Assembly (NCBI GenBank): GCA_963667175.2
Contig: CAXXXF010000016.1
Coordinates: 352,001 to 416,000, forward strand
Reading direction: 5' to 3'
Origin: Candidatus Latescibacterota bacterium
GTDB taxonomy: Bacteria > Latescibacterota > UBA2968 > GCA-2709665
Length of the DNA stretch: 64,000 nt
Of the stretch, positions 1-9,366 are shown piece after piece. Within the stretch, counting starts at the first letter, position 1. Each line of letters opens with the position of its first letter. Both the position numbers and the translations under genes were made by a program. The notes beneath the pieces were generated by a model. The model did not search any database and was not told the origin of the DNA. It saw only the letters and a list, made by a program, of their open reading frames with translations.

Positions 1-360
1 CGCTTCGTACGCGATTTCCGGCGAATTGATCCAGATCAGATCGTGCAGGGTGAGGACAATCCGCCTGGCGCGGACGCCGATGGGAAGAAGGTGAAAGAGA
101 CAATGATATATGTCGGCCCGGAGCGGGTTCACGACCCTTGCGCCCCCCAGGAGGTTCCGGCCCGTTGAAATCCCGTACGGAACCGCTATATCCGTGAAAT
201 TCGGCTGGTTCACGAGCGGGCGCCGGTAGGCGGCCCGTCTCAGCAGCAGGTATTCGTTTTCCCGGTCCAGGCCGGCGATCGCACGGACCAGGCTGAACGC
301 ATACCGGCCGACGCCGGTCTCGACGTTCCTGACCTCTCGCGCGTCGATACAGATTCTCAC
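1..360 (-). CDS. Glycosyltransferase family 4 protein, N-terminal part (runs off the window edge)
   Basis: Manual translation from GTG at 360: MRICIDAREVRNVETGVGRYAFSLVRAIA...VLTLHDLIW, a typical GT4 N-terminus (IDAR..TGVGRY, T-x-HDL). AGGGGG RBS upstream. Not in the ORF track because it is truncated. Confidence 0.8.
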   Translation of the reverse strand, partial: MRICIDAREVRNVETGVGRYAFSLVRAIAGLDRENEYLLLRRAAYRRPLVNQPNFTDIAVPYGISTGRNLLGGARVVNPLRADIYHCLFHLLPIGVRARRIVLTLHDLIWINSPEIAYEA

Positions 361-373
361 CGTCCCCCCTTTC

Positions 374-1894
374 TCACCCGAAGAACCGTCTGATCCGGCG
401 ATAGACCCGCAGTCCGAACTGCTTTTCCTCGTCCTCCACGCCCAGCAGACAGAGGAATCCCCCGAAACACAGAAATACCAGCGCCGCCCGCCCCAGCACG
501 TCCCATAGAGGCGCCGCCGGAGCGGCAGGTCCTGACAACCACGTCAGAACCGCGGTCGCGCAGCCGGCGATCAGTGGCTTGCAAAGCTTTATCGAAAACG
601 CATGTACCTTCAGCTGTCGAAATACCTGCCAGGACGAGAGTCCCTGTGCAAGAACCGCCGTGGAAGCAGCGCCGATTGCGGCCCCCGTCGGGCCAAACCG
701 GCGAACCAGAACAAGCGTACCGATCCCCCCGATCACCAGCGTGACACTTCTGATACCCAGGAGCGCGTCGGGATGCCCGGTCATCACCAGCACGTAGCCG
801 GACAATCCCAATACAGCCGTTGCGGCGGCGCCGAGGAGCAGAATCAGCAGCCAGGAATACCCGGCCGAAAACTCCGATCCCACGAATGCGGCAATCTGGC
901 TCCCATAGAAGGCGGAAACGAGGATGACGGGAATGGTTCCCAGTACAACCCAGCGGGTCACGAGCTTGAAGACTTCACCCAGTCGCGCGATTTCTCCACG
1001 GGCATGATATTCGGCAAAGAAGGGATTCGCGATTGGATCGAAGGCGCCGGGCACGGCCCGTACGATCCCGGCCAACTGAATCATCACGCCATATACCGCG
1101 ATGGTCTCGGGATCGACAAACGACCCGACAATTACAACGTCCAGCCGTCCGTTGAGTTCCGCGATCAGATCGATGAGGAACATCGAAAATGAAAAACGAA
1201 AGAGCTTTCGCTCAACGCCGGCCGCCCCTTCGGACCATGTACGCCGGGGATAAAACCTGAAGACCGGCAGGATGGAACAACAGAACACGATACCCGTGGC
1301 CGTCAGATAGGCCGCGGGTATCCCCGTCAGATCCATCTGCAGGAAGTAGAACAGGACCGCGAAACCGATCAATAGGCCGGGCTCGGCGAGCCCTTTGAGG
1401 TACAGCTGATACTCCATCACCTTGTGGGCGATCGGAACCTGCAACAGCAACCCGCCCGCGGTCTGAAAGAAGACGACGAATGCCATCCACCGCAGTGCGT
1501 CCTCCACACCGTCGCGACCGATTAAACCACCCAGCGCGTCAGAAAAGAGAGCACACACCAGGCTGACCGCGAGGCTCAGGATTCCCCCGGCGAAAAAAGC
1601 TGTCTTGACACCGCCGAGAGCCCGATGGGTCTCGCCCCGCGAGTGATGGTGGGCGACGTGCCGGAGCAATGCCTTGTCGAGACCGAAAAACGCAAACCGG
1701 GAAAACAGATTCACCCAGGTCCAGCCGAGAAAAAAGAGCCCGTAAGAAGCCGTGGAATAAAGACGCGCGGCGAGGAGATAGAATACCGGACGTCCCAGCC
1801 GGGAAAAGAGGGTCAGAATATTGACGCCGACGCCACGGGACAGCGTTGCCAAGTCCGATTCGCTACGCGCCTCTTCCGTGACTTCATCCGCCAT
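374..1894 (-). CDS. Oligosaccharide flippase (Wzx/MOP superfamily)
   Basis: 506 aa, about 12-14 hydrophobic segments, YGLF...FGLDKALLRHVA pattern; lies between two glycosyltransferases. Confidence 0.8.
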   Translation of the reverse strand: MADEVTEEARSESDLATLSRGVGVNILTLFSRLGRPVFYLLAARLYSTASYGLFFLGWTWVNLFSRFAFFGLDKALLRHVAHHHSRGETHRALGGVKTAFFAGGILSLAVSLVCALFSDALGGLIGRDGVEDALRWMAFVVFFQTAGGLLLQVPIAHKVMEYQLYLKGLAEPGLLIGFAVLFYFLQMDLTGIPAAYLTATGIVFCCSILPVFRFYPRRTWSEGAAGVERKLFRFSFSMFLIDLIAELNGRLDVVIVGSFVDPETIAVYGVMIQLAGIVRAVPGAFDPIANPFFAEYHARGEIARLGEVFKLVTRWVVLGTIPVILVSAFYGSQIAAFVGSEFSAGYSWLLILLLGAAATAVLGLSGYVLVMTGHPDALLGIRSVTLVIGGIGTLVLVRRFGPTGAAIGAASTAVLAQGLSSWQVFRQLKVHAFSIKLCKPLIAGCATAVLTWLSGPAAPAAPLWDVLGRAALVFLCFGGFLCLLGVEDEEKQFGLRVYRRIRRFFG

Positions 1895-2804
1895 GCCGCC
1901 TCACCGTTCCGGTTCTCCAGCGGGTGTTCCGATACAGACCGATACCCATCCGGATACCCCGTGCCATCGCCTGCAGTTTCCGCGGTATCGTCCACCAGTA
2001 ATCGAATGCGCCAAATCGGCCGCGAAGGATGAAGAATCGAACGAACAGATTCAGGACAAAATACGGTGAAAGCCGCACGTCGCAGTGTTTCAGCCAGAAG
2101 TACAGTTCGTTGGCATAGGTCAGCGGATCGGCCGCCTGATCCGGAACGCGGCAGCCTCCGGCGGGCGCCGCATGGTGGAAGACCACGGCTTCCGGTTCGA
2201 ATACCATCCGGCCGTCCCCTGCCTTGAGATAGCGGAGACAGAAATCCGTCTCCTCCCGAAGCTGGCTGCCGGCGAACTGCTCATCGAAGCCCCCGCAGCG
2301 CACCGCCTGTTTCCGGAGAAAGGAAAGATTGCCCCCCCCGCCATGCGAAACGCTTCTGCGACGCGTCGCGTAGAAATTCGAAATCACATGGCCACACCGT
2401 GTCACCACGCCGCAGCGCCTCGGTTCCCGGCGGCCTCGGCTTCGCGAACTTATGATTCGGCCGGCCACAGCGCTGACGCCTTCCGCGTCGTAATTGCGCA
2501 TATGATTTGAGATGAAATCGCCCGACAGGTCAACGTCGTCGTCAATACAGAGAATCACCTCTCCGCAGGCGATGTTCATTCCCAGGTTCTTCGCTCGGGT
2601 CCCGCTCGCCGTCTCCGTACGAACATACCGTATGCGCGCGCGGATGGACGCCAGGAACTCCGCTATCGCGGGCGGATGGACGTCCGTCTGGTCGATGACG
2701 ATGACTTCGAACGAGGCGTAGGACTGACGCAATACCTGCTCCAGCGTCCTCTTCAGAAACACCGAGCGGTTGTAAGTCGGGATAATGACCGAAACGTGTT
2801 TCAT
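1884..2804 (-). CDS. Glycosyltransferase family 2
   Basis: VSVIIPTYNR, EVIVIDQ, IDDD (DxD), GGFDE motifs; start placed at MKHVSV. Confidence 0.88.
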   Translation of the reverse strand: MKHVSVIIPTYNRSVFLKRTLEQVLRQSYASFEVIVIDQTDVHPPAIAEFLASIRARIRYVRTETASGTRAKNLGMNIACGEVILCIDDDVDLSGDFISNHMRNYDAEGVSAVAGRIISSRSRGRREPRRCGVVTRCGHVISNFYATRRRSVSHGGGGNLSFLRKQAVRCGGFDEQFAGSQLREETDFCLRYLKAGDGRMVFEPEAVVFHHAAPAGGCRVPDQAADPLTYANELYFWLKHCDVRLSPYFVLNLFVRFFILRGRFGAFDYWWTIPRKLQAMARGIRMGIGLYRNTRWRTGTVRRHGG

Positions 2805-2866
2805 TCCGGGAGGCAATCCGAATGGGGTATGGGAACCGAGAGGGTACGGTTTGACGTGACCGCGTT

Positions 2867-3823
2867 CTAGCGGTCCAGCACCGGCAGCTCCGCGGACGGC
2901 TCGGCAGAAGCGCAGAACGAGACGACGCGGTCGTGCAGTGCCGGGCCGTTCAACTCTCTATAGTAAATAAACAGGTACTCGTTCGCGTATCCGGCGTACC
3001 TCCCGCCCCGCGCCTCGGCCCACTCGCAGACCTTCCTGTCCGACCCCGCAACATTGTACCATTCCCGGGCCAATTTGAGCACCCACGTATCCACGGGCAC
3101 GGCATCCAACCGTTCTAGCGCGAACAGGTCGATACATTTTCCGACCTTCAGACCGACGCCCGTACCCGCCCTTGCTTTCAACGCGTCCACGACTTCACGC
3201 CAGTCATCCAGCGACAATCTCCCCGGATCGCCGCCCGCGCGCTCTGAGACGAACCGGGCCGATTCAGCCACGCGTTCCGACCGCCAACCGAATCGTTTGG
3301 ACCTGAAATACGGACCGTTCAGCCGGGCCAATGCATCGGGTTCGGGAAACGTACAGTATCTCCTTCCCATAAACTCGATTTCCCGGCCCCACGATTCAGC
3401 CAGGAAATTGATCCGCCGTTTGGTGAGGTCCATATGGGCCTGCACCGACAGGATATACGAAATCACACACTCGAAGGGCATTTGGCGTACGAACCGGAAT
3501 CCCTTCAACAGATCCCGCGCCCGGCGCAGGCGCCCGTCTCCGCGCGGGACCCGAACGCGTGGTCTTTCATTCAGCCTCAGGTACCATTCGAGAAACCCGG
3601 TCACGGACATCTCGCCCAGATACGTGGCGATGCCTGACGCCCCCGCGCGAAATTGGAGTGTATCGCCTTCCTGACGCAGATGGAACACGGTGTCGTACGC
3701 AACGCCCTTCCACCATCCGTCCACGTCGCGGCCCCACCGGAATACCTGTCCTCCGGCCAGTGTATATCCCAGGTTGAAATCCCGGGTTTCGATCCTGCCG
3801 GTTACAGGCTGTCCGGAGGACAC
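2867..3823 (-). CDS. 8-oxoguanine DNA glycosylase / HhH-GPD DNA glycosylase (OGG1-like)
   Basis: TLAGGQVFRW N-terminal motif, RQMPFECVISYILS, HhH motif GVGLKVGKC and PVDTW; GTG start at 3823 after a G-rich RBS. Confidence 0.8.
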   Translation of the reverse strand: MSSGQPVTGRIETRDFNLGYTLAGGQVFRWGRDVDGWWKGVAYDTVFHLRQEGDTLQFRAGASGIATYLGEMSVTGFLEWYLRLNERPRVRVPRGDGRLRRARDLLKGFRFVRQMPFECVISYILSVQAHMDLTKRRINFLAESWGREIEFMGRRYCTFPEPDALARLNGPYFRSKRFGWRSERVAESARFVSERAGGDPGRLSLDDWREVVDALKARAGTGVGLKVGKCIDLFALERLDAVPVDTWVLKLAREWYNVAGSDRKVCEWAEARGGRYAGYANEYLFIYYRELNGPALHDRVVSFCASAEPSAELPVLDR

Positions 3824-4200
3824 ACGGTTCCCCCCCGGGCCCGGATGTCCCGCGCTCGTTGACGGGCCGGCAGGACCGGCCGAACGGACCTTGTGGGCAG
3901 TTCTGCCATATCGCTTTCCATTATAGGTATTTTGACGGCATGCGGCAAGTTCCCAGTCTTCCCCGCGATTTCCGGCCGGTTGGCCCGTCATCGCGCCGTG
4001 GATACGCAGTCGCCGGAGACCATCCACGCCAGGGCACAGGCATGACTTGCATTGCGCAATCCCTGCGCCGGCAACGCAGGTTTGCCATTAAACGAACGGC
4101 ATCCGCACGGAACGAAATACCGCAGCGCCGCCATTTGAACCAGCACGGATTCCTTCCGGCGAGCAGCGCCGACGGCAAGGAGTCAAGGCCTTACTTGGGC

Positions 4201-4229
4201 TTGACTCCGATATCCCGCATGTTTATTTT
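4201..4229 (+). promoter_or_regulatory. Putative sigma70 promoter for the ABC transporter operon
   Basis: TTGACT-17 bp-TATTTT about 70 bp upstream of the start at 4301. Confidence 0.4.
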
Positions 4230-4300
4230 TGTATAAGCACCTGCTCTCATGTCCGTTCCGCCCGATTCACATCCCTTGTCTCGCACGGGCAGGATAACAC

Positions 4301-6664
4301 GTGGCGACCTCACCGTATCCGGCATCCGGCGCGCTCATCCGCGACGAACTACCGGAAGCCGTTCTTTCTCACCTGAACAATCTCCTCGGTCCGAGAGAGG
4401 AACTCCTGCTCTCCGCCACGACAGATCTGAGGTTCGACGGTTCCTACGGCCCGGCATGGCTGGTGGCGACCGGTCAACGTCTGATAGGCATCAGCCCGTC
4501 CGAAAGCGGGCGCTACGAGACCCTCGGTATTCCCCTCGCCGAGGTTACCCGCGTGGAAGTCAGGGAGCTTTTCGGCAGCGGGGTGCTCAAAATACGAACC
4601 AAAAAAAGCGGCGCCTCTCTGGCCTTCTTCACGAAGACCCTCCTTTCCAAGTTTTCGCCGGTTCCCTCGCAGATCGAACGTCTTATCCGCCAAGCCAAAC
4701 CTGTTCCCGAGGACGCGCAGATTTCCGACTCGAGCGTGGACGGATTTGCCGGCCGCAAGAAGCGGTGTGAACGTTGCCAGCAGGTAATTCCGCACTGGAT
4801 GGGTGTCTGTCCGATGTGCCTGGATTCCCGCAGGTTGCTTTTCCGGCTGCTGGGATACGCGAAGCCTTATTGGCAGATGGCGGTCGGTAGCCTTCTCCTT
4901 CTCCTTACGGCGACGTTTATCGGCCTGACGCCGCCCCTGCTGATGCGCACCCTCATCGATGACGTCCTGGTCGCCGACACGGGCGGCTCGTTACCGGCAG
5001 CGTCCCTGATCCCCGCCGAACCGCGTTCTTCCGTTCCCAGAAGCCAGGCTCCGGCGCCGCCTTCGGGGATGGACAAACCCACCATGCTCGCCGTTCTGGT
5101 GCTGCTCCTTCTGCTGGTCAACGTATCCCGAAACGGGCTCAGCGCCGTACGAACCTACCTGCTGGCAAAACTCGGCCAGCGTATCACTTTCGATCTTCGC
5201 AAGGAGGTCTATCGACACCTCCACCATCTCTCGCTCAGTTTCTATAACGAGCGGGAGACAGGGCGCATCATGTCGAACGTCACCCAGGACGTCAGCCGAC
5301 TTCAGGACTTCATCTCAGACGGCCTCCAGGAGATCATCCGGGACATCGCCACGATCGTCATCATCTGCATCATCCTCTTCTCGCTCAATCCCGCTCTCGC
5401 TGCCTTCGTCCTGATGCCCACTCCCCTGCTGATCCTGTTTACGCGTTACTTCGGAAGAAGGCTGCATGACCTCTATCATGGGCTCTGGCGCCGCTGGGCG
5501 GATATCCACGCTTTGCTGGCGGATACAATTCCCGGGGTGCGCGTGGTCAAGGCCTTCGCCCAAGAAAAGCGAGAGGTGAGCAAGTTCGAGAACAGGAGCT
5601 GGGGCCTGCTCTCGGGTGAAATCAGAGTGGCGAGAGTTCGCAGCACGTTTACGCCCATCATGACGTTCCTCACCTCTCTGGGCACACTCATCATCTGGTG
5701 GATGGGCGGCAACAAAGTCCTTGGCGGCACCCTTTCGCTCGGCGAATTCGTCGCATTCACGGGATACATGTGGCAATTCTACGGGCCGGTGGAGAGCCTG
5801 TGTCGTCTCAATCACCGATTCCAGCGCGCGGCTACGTCGGCCGAGCGTATTTTCGAGGTCCTCGACACACAGTCCGACGTCGCGGAGCGGCCGGGCGCCA
5901 ACGCCATGCCGCGCATCTCGGGTTCCGTGGAGTTCGCGGGGGTCACGTTTTCGTACGAGCCGGGCAAACCCATTCTCAAGGATCTGAATTTCAGAGTGGA
6001 ACCGGGGGAAATGATCGGACTCGCCGGTCATAGCGGCGCAGGCAAGAGCACCCTCATCAACCTGATCTGCCGGTTTTACGATATCCAGGAAGGGGACATC
6101 CTGGTCGACGACCGGGACATCCGGGACGTCTCACTCAAGTCCCTGAGGGCGCAGATCGGCGTGGTGCTGCAGGATCCGTTTCTCTTTAACGGATCCGTCG
6201 CGGAGAACATCGCCTATGGCAAACCCGGCGCAACGCTGGACGAGATCGTCGCGGCCGCGAAGGCGGCAAACGCGCACGATTTCATACTGGACTTTCCCGA
6301 AGGATACGACACGCCCGTGGGCGAACGTGGCCTGCGCGTCTCGGGCGGCGAACGCCAGCGACTTTCCATTGCGCGCGCGATCCTGCGGAATCCCCGCATT
6401 CTGATCCTCGACGAAGCGACCGCCAGCGTGGACACGGAAACCGAGGCTCAGATCCAGGACGCCATTGCGCGTCTGATCGAGGGTCGGACCACTTTTGCAA
6501 TTGCCCACCGTCTGTCGACACTCAAGAATGCCAACCGCCTGCTGATCCTCGACAAGGGCGAACTGGCCGAGATCGGCACGCACGACGAACTCATTCAACG
6601 GGATGGTATCTACGCCCGGCTGTGCCGCATGCAGACCGAAATGTCCAGATTACGCGCCTGGTAG
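4301..6664 (+). CDS. ABC exporter, fused permease/ATP-binding, with long N-terminal extension
   Basis: TM domain, Walker A GHSGAGKST, signature VSGGERQR, Walker B ILILDEAT; N-terminal extension of about 175 aa with CxxC-x9-CxxC. Confidence 0.9.
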   Translation: MATSPYPASGALIRDELPEAVLSHLNNLLGPREELLLSATTDLRFDGSYGPAWLVATGQRLIGISPSESGRYETLGIPLAEVTRVEVRELFGSGVLKIRTKKSGASLAFFTKTLLSKFSPVPSQIERLIRQAKPVPEDAQISDSSVDGFAGRKKRCERCQQVIPHWMGVCPMCLDSRRLLFRLLGYAKPYWQMAVGSLLLLLTATFIGLTPPLLMRTLIDDVLVADTGGSLPAASLIPAEPRSSVPRSQAPAPPSGMDKPTMLAVLVLLLLLVNVSRNGLSAVRTYLLAKLGQRITFDLRKEVYRHLHHLSLSFYNERETGRIMSNVTQDVSRLQDFISDGLQEIIRDIATIVIICIILFSLNPALAAFVLMPTPLLILFTRYFGRRLHDLYHGLWRRWADIHALLADTIPGVRVVKAFAQEKREVSKFENRSWGLLSGEIRVARVRSTFTPIMTFLTSLGTLIIWWMGGNKVLGGTLSLGEFVAFTGYMWQFYGPVESLCRLNHRFQRAATSAERIFEVLDTQSDVAERPGANAMPRISGSVEFAGVTFSYEPGKPILKDLNFRVEPGEMIGLAGHSGAGKSTLINLICRFYDIQEGDILVDDRDIRDVSLKSLRAQIGVVLQDPFLFNGSVAENIAYGKPGATLDEIVAAAKAANAHDFILDFPEGYDTPVGERGLRVSGGERQRLSIARAILRNPRILILDEATASVDTETEAQIQDAIARLIEGRTTFAIAHRLSTLKNANRLLILDKGELAEIGTHDELIQRDGIYARLCRMQTEMSRLRAW

Positions 6665-6705
6665 TCGCAAGTCGGCCGGTCGCTTCATGGAATCCTGATT
6701 CTGTT

Positions 6706-7212
6706 ATGCAGCAAGCGTATCATCTCGAGCAGGAACTGACGCTGCTGGACCCTGGCCGCATACGCCTGATTCGGGACGAACTCACCGACCTGATCCTGGA
6801 ATACCGCGGGGAGCGGCAGACGGTTACGGCGCATCGCGCCTTTCCGCTCACGGCGACCGGTCAATTCATCGTCCTCAAGAACGTCGACGGCGTTGAGATC
6901 GGTGCGATCCGCGACATTGCGACTCTGGATGAAGAAAGCCGCGACGTCCTGGAGACCGACCTCGAACGCACCTATTTCGCACCGGTCATTCTTCAGGTGA
7001 ACAGGCTCGAGGAAAACTTCCACGTCCCGAAATGGGACGTGGAAACCGACAGGGGGCACCGCGTGTTCGAGGTCCGCAGCCGCAGACGCGACATTCGCGT
7101 CATGTCAGAGGGCCGCATTCTGCTGAGAGACGCGGACGGCAACCGATACGAGATTCCGGATTACAGAAAACTGGATCCGGTCAGCCGTGCGTTTGTGGAG
7201 ACGCTGATCTGA
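6706..7212 (+). CDS. DUF1854 domain protein
   Basis: RAFPLT...EIG.I...YF.P.I...WDVETDRG...DADGNRY.IPD...LD pattern; this family is typically adjacent to such ABC exporters. Confidence 0.75.
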   Translation: MQQAYHLEQELTLLDPGRIRLIRDELTDLILEYRGERQTVTAHRAFPLTATGQFIVLKNVDGVEIGAIRDIATLDEESRDVLETDLERTYFAPVILQVNRLEENFHVPKWDVETDRGHRVFEVRSRRRDIRVMSEGRILLRDADGNRYEIPDYRKLDPVSRAFVETLI

Positions 7213-7377
7213 GATCCGGGGGCACACCCGATCGACGGAAACAGATGCGCCCGGACCGGGCGGGGCTTCCGCCGGGGTCAGCCGGAACGGCTGTTGCAGG
7301 TTGTCAACCACCGCCTTCCATCGTATATTGTGTACACACGCCCCCAATCGCCACGCAGAACCACAGGAGACGTTCCG

Positions 7378-9228
7378 ATGAACACCACCGGACACACCAC
7401 AACGCCCGCCTCCCTCGACGGCGAAATGATCCCTCAGCCTCCCGGCGAGGAGATCAACGTCGGCAGCCTCGTCCACCATCGGCTCTGCCGGGCGGATGAA
7501 TTCAGCGAGGGCGAAGGCAAACCGTTTACCGTCAGCGGGTCCCATATTGCCGTCTTCCTGTACAACGGCGAGTTCCAGGCCGTCGACAACCGCTGTCCGC
7601 ACATGGGCTATCCCATGTCGAAAGGGAGCGTCCGGGACGGGGTGCTGATCTGCCACTGGCATCACTGGGAGTTCGACCTGAAAACAGGAGGTTGTTTCGA
7701 AACGTCCGGTTCCGGAAACGATCTGAAGAGTTTTCCTGTCGAAGTTAGAGACGACGGTTATCTCTATATCGGTATGGCCGCGGACGAACGGCAGGCGGCA
7801 CGCAGGCGAATGATCGACCGGGGGCGGTATATCCTGGAACAGGGGCTGAAAGATCGAAGTTCGCTCATCATCGCCAAGGGGGTGACCGCCCTGCGCCACG
7901 CCGGCGCGTCGCCGCAGGAAATCATCCAGCAGGGCCTGTTTTACGGATCCTACAAGACCACCGAAGGTTTCTCCTCGGGCCTGGCCATCCTGACGCTCTG
8001 CGCCAACCTCTGGGACGACGTCGCGGACCGCGACCACAACCTGTTCCTCGTCCACGGCCTCGTACAGATCTCCCGGCGGACGACCGGCGGCTCCCGGAGA
8101 CAGGGCTTTCCCTTTCCGAAGGCGACAGACGAGCCCGACCTGGCAACCCACAAACGCTGGTTCCGGCGCCTGGTGGAACAGCGCAACAACAACGCGGCCC
8201 AGCGGATTCTGATCACGCTGAACGACCGCGGTTTTCCGAAGTCGGCCATTGCCGACACGGTCTTCACGGCCGCAACCGACTTCTATTTCACGGGCGATGG
8301 ACATGCGCTGGACTTCGCCAACAAACTATTCGAAGCTCTGGACTACGTCGACTGGGAAGGCGCCAGCGAAATCCTGCGCCCCATTGTCGTCGACCTCATC
8401 ACCCGCACGCGTCACGAGGAAACGGCCCGGTGGCAGGACAGCGTGCCGATCCTCGAGGATGTGTTCACCCGTCTGGACGACATCTGGAATGAAAACCAGC
8501 AGAACGAAGCTCCGCTGGACACGTCGGCCTTCGCCCGGGTGCTTCTGGGCGAAAAGGTCACGCCGATCGTTTCGGAAATCGAATCCCTCCTTCGGCGAGG
8601 CGTCGATCCCAGGGAAATCTGCCGATCCATGGTCTACGCCAGCGCCATCCGTACCACGCGCTTCCATCTGAAAAACGAAGGCGATTGGCACGACGTGGCC
8701 AACGTCTACTCCTATGCACACGCGCTCTATCAGGCATTCCAACGCGCGCCGTCCGGCAGCCTTCTGCGCGGCATCTTCCACGGCGCCGTATTTCTGACCT
8801 ATCTGCGCTGGCTCAATATGCCGGCGGCGCGGGTGCCGAAACAGGGCCAGCGTCTGAACGGCACATTCGAGTCCGACGCCGAGATGCTTGCACGCCTGCA
8901 GGAATTCGCCGATTTCCAGAAGGTCTACGAAGCGGAAATACTCGTGAATCAGTACTTCGAGGAAAAGCGCAACGTCGCCCTGCTCAAGCACGCCCTCGCC
9001 CACGTCATGTTACGGGAAGACGCCGAACTGCATATGTTTCAGGTTCTGGAAGTGGCCTTCCGCCACTTCGACGTCACCGACGATCCCGAAGAAAAACGAA
9101 TGCATCTGCTCGCGGCCACCAGGTACATCACCGCACAGAAGGTGATGAAAGCCATCCTCTGGTCGACCGAAAACGCGGAACGGCTGCAGCGCGGGGAACT
9201 GCTAAGCGAACGGGAAGACGACAATTAG
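7378..9228 (+). CDS. Rieske [2Fe-2S] domain protein with long helical C-terminal region
   Basis: CPH...CHWH Rieske motif; AGGAG RBS before MNTTGH; C-terminal region contains a repeated GHALDF/HDVANVYSY motif. Confidence 0.75.
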   Translation: MNTTGHTTTPASLDGEMIPQPPGEEINVGSLVHHRLCRADEFSEGEGKPFTVSGSHIAVFLYNGEFQAVDNRCPHMGYPMSKGSVRDGVLICHWHHWEFDLKTGGCFETSGSGNDLKSFPVEVRDDGYLYIGMAADERQAARRRMIDRGRYILEQGLKDRSSLIIAKGVTALRHAGASPQEIIQQGLFYGSYKTTEGFSSGLAILTLCANLWDDVADRDHNLFLVHGLVQISRRTTGGSRRQGFPFPKATDEPDLATHKRWFRRLVEQRNNNAAQRILITLNDRGFPKSAIADTVFTAATDFYFTGDGHALDFANKLFEALDYVDWEGASEILRPIVVDLITRTRHEETARWQDSVPILEDVFTRLDDIWNENQQNEAPLDTSAFARVLLGEKVTPIVSEIESLLRRGVDPREICRSMVYASAIRTTRFHLKNEGDWHDVANVYSYAHALYQAFQRAPSGSLLRGIFHGAVFLTYLRWLNMPAARVPKQGQRLNGTFESDAEMLARLQEFADFQKVYEAEILVNQYFEEKRNVALLKHALAHVMLREDAELHMFQVLEVAFRHFDVTDDPEEKRMHLLAATRYITAQKVMKAILWSTENAERLQRGELLSEREDDN

Positions 9229-9366
9229 ACCGGCGATGACCCGCGTCTACAGGACGTGACGTTGCGCAAGCGCATTATTGCAGATTGAACGGATGCTCGA
9301 TTCCGATCCCGCTCCGTTTGCACGCGTCCATCGCAACGTCATTGCATTCAAGGAATCCTCAAACTT

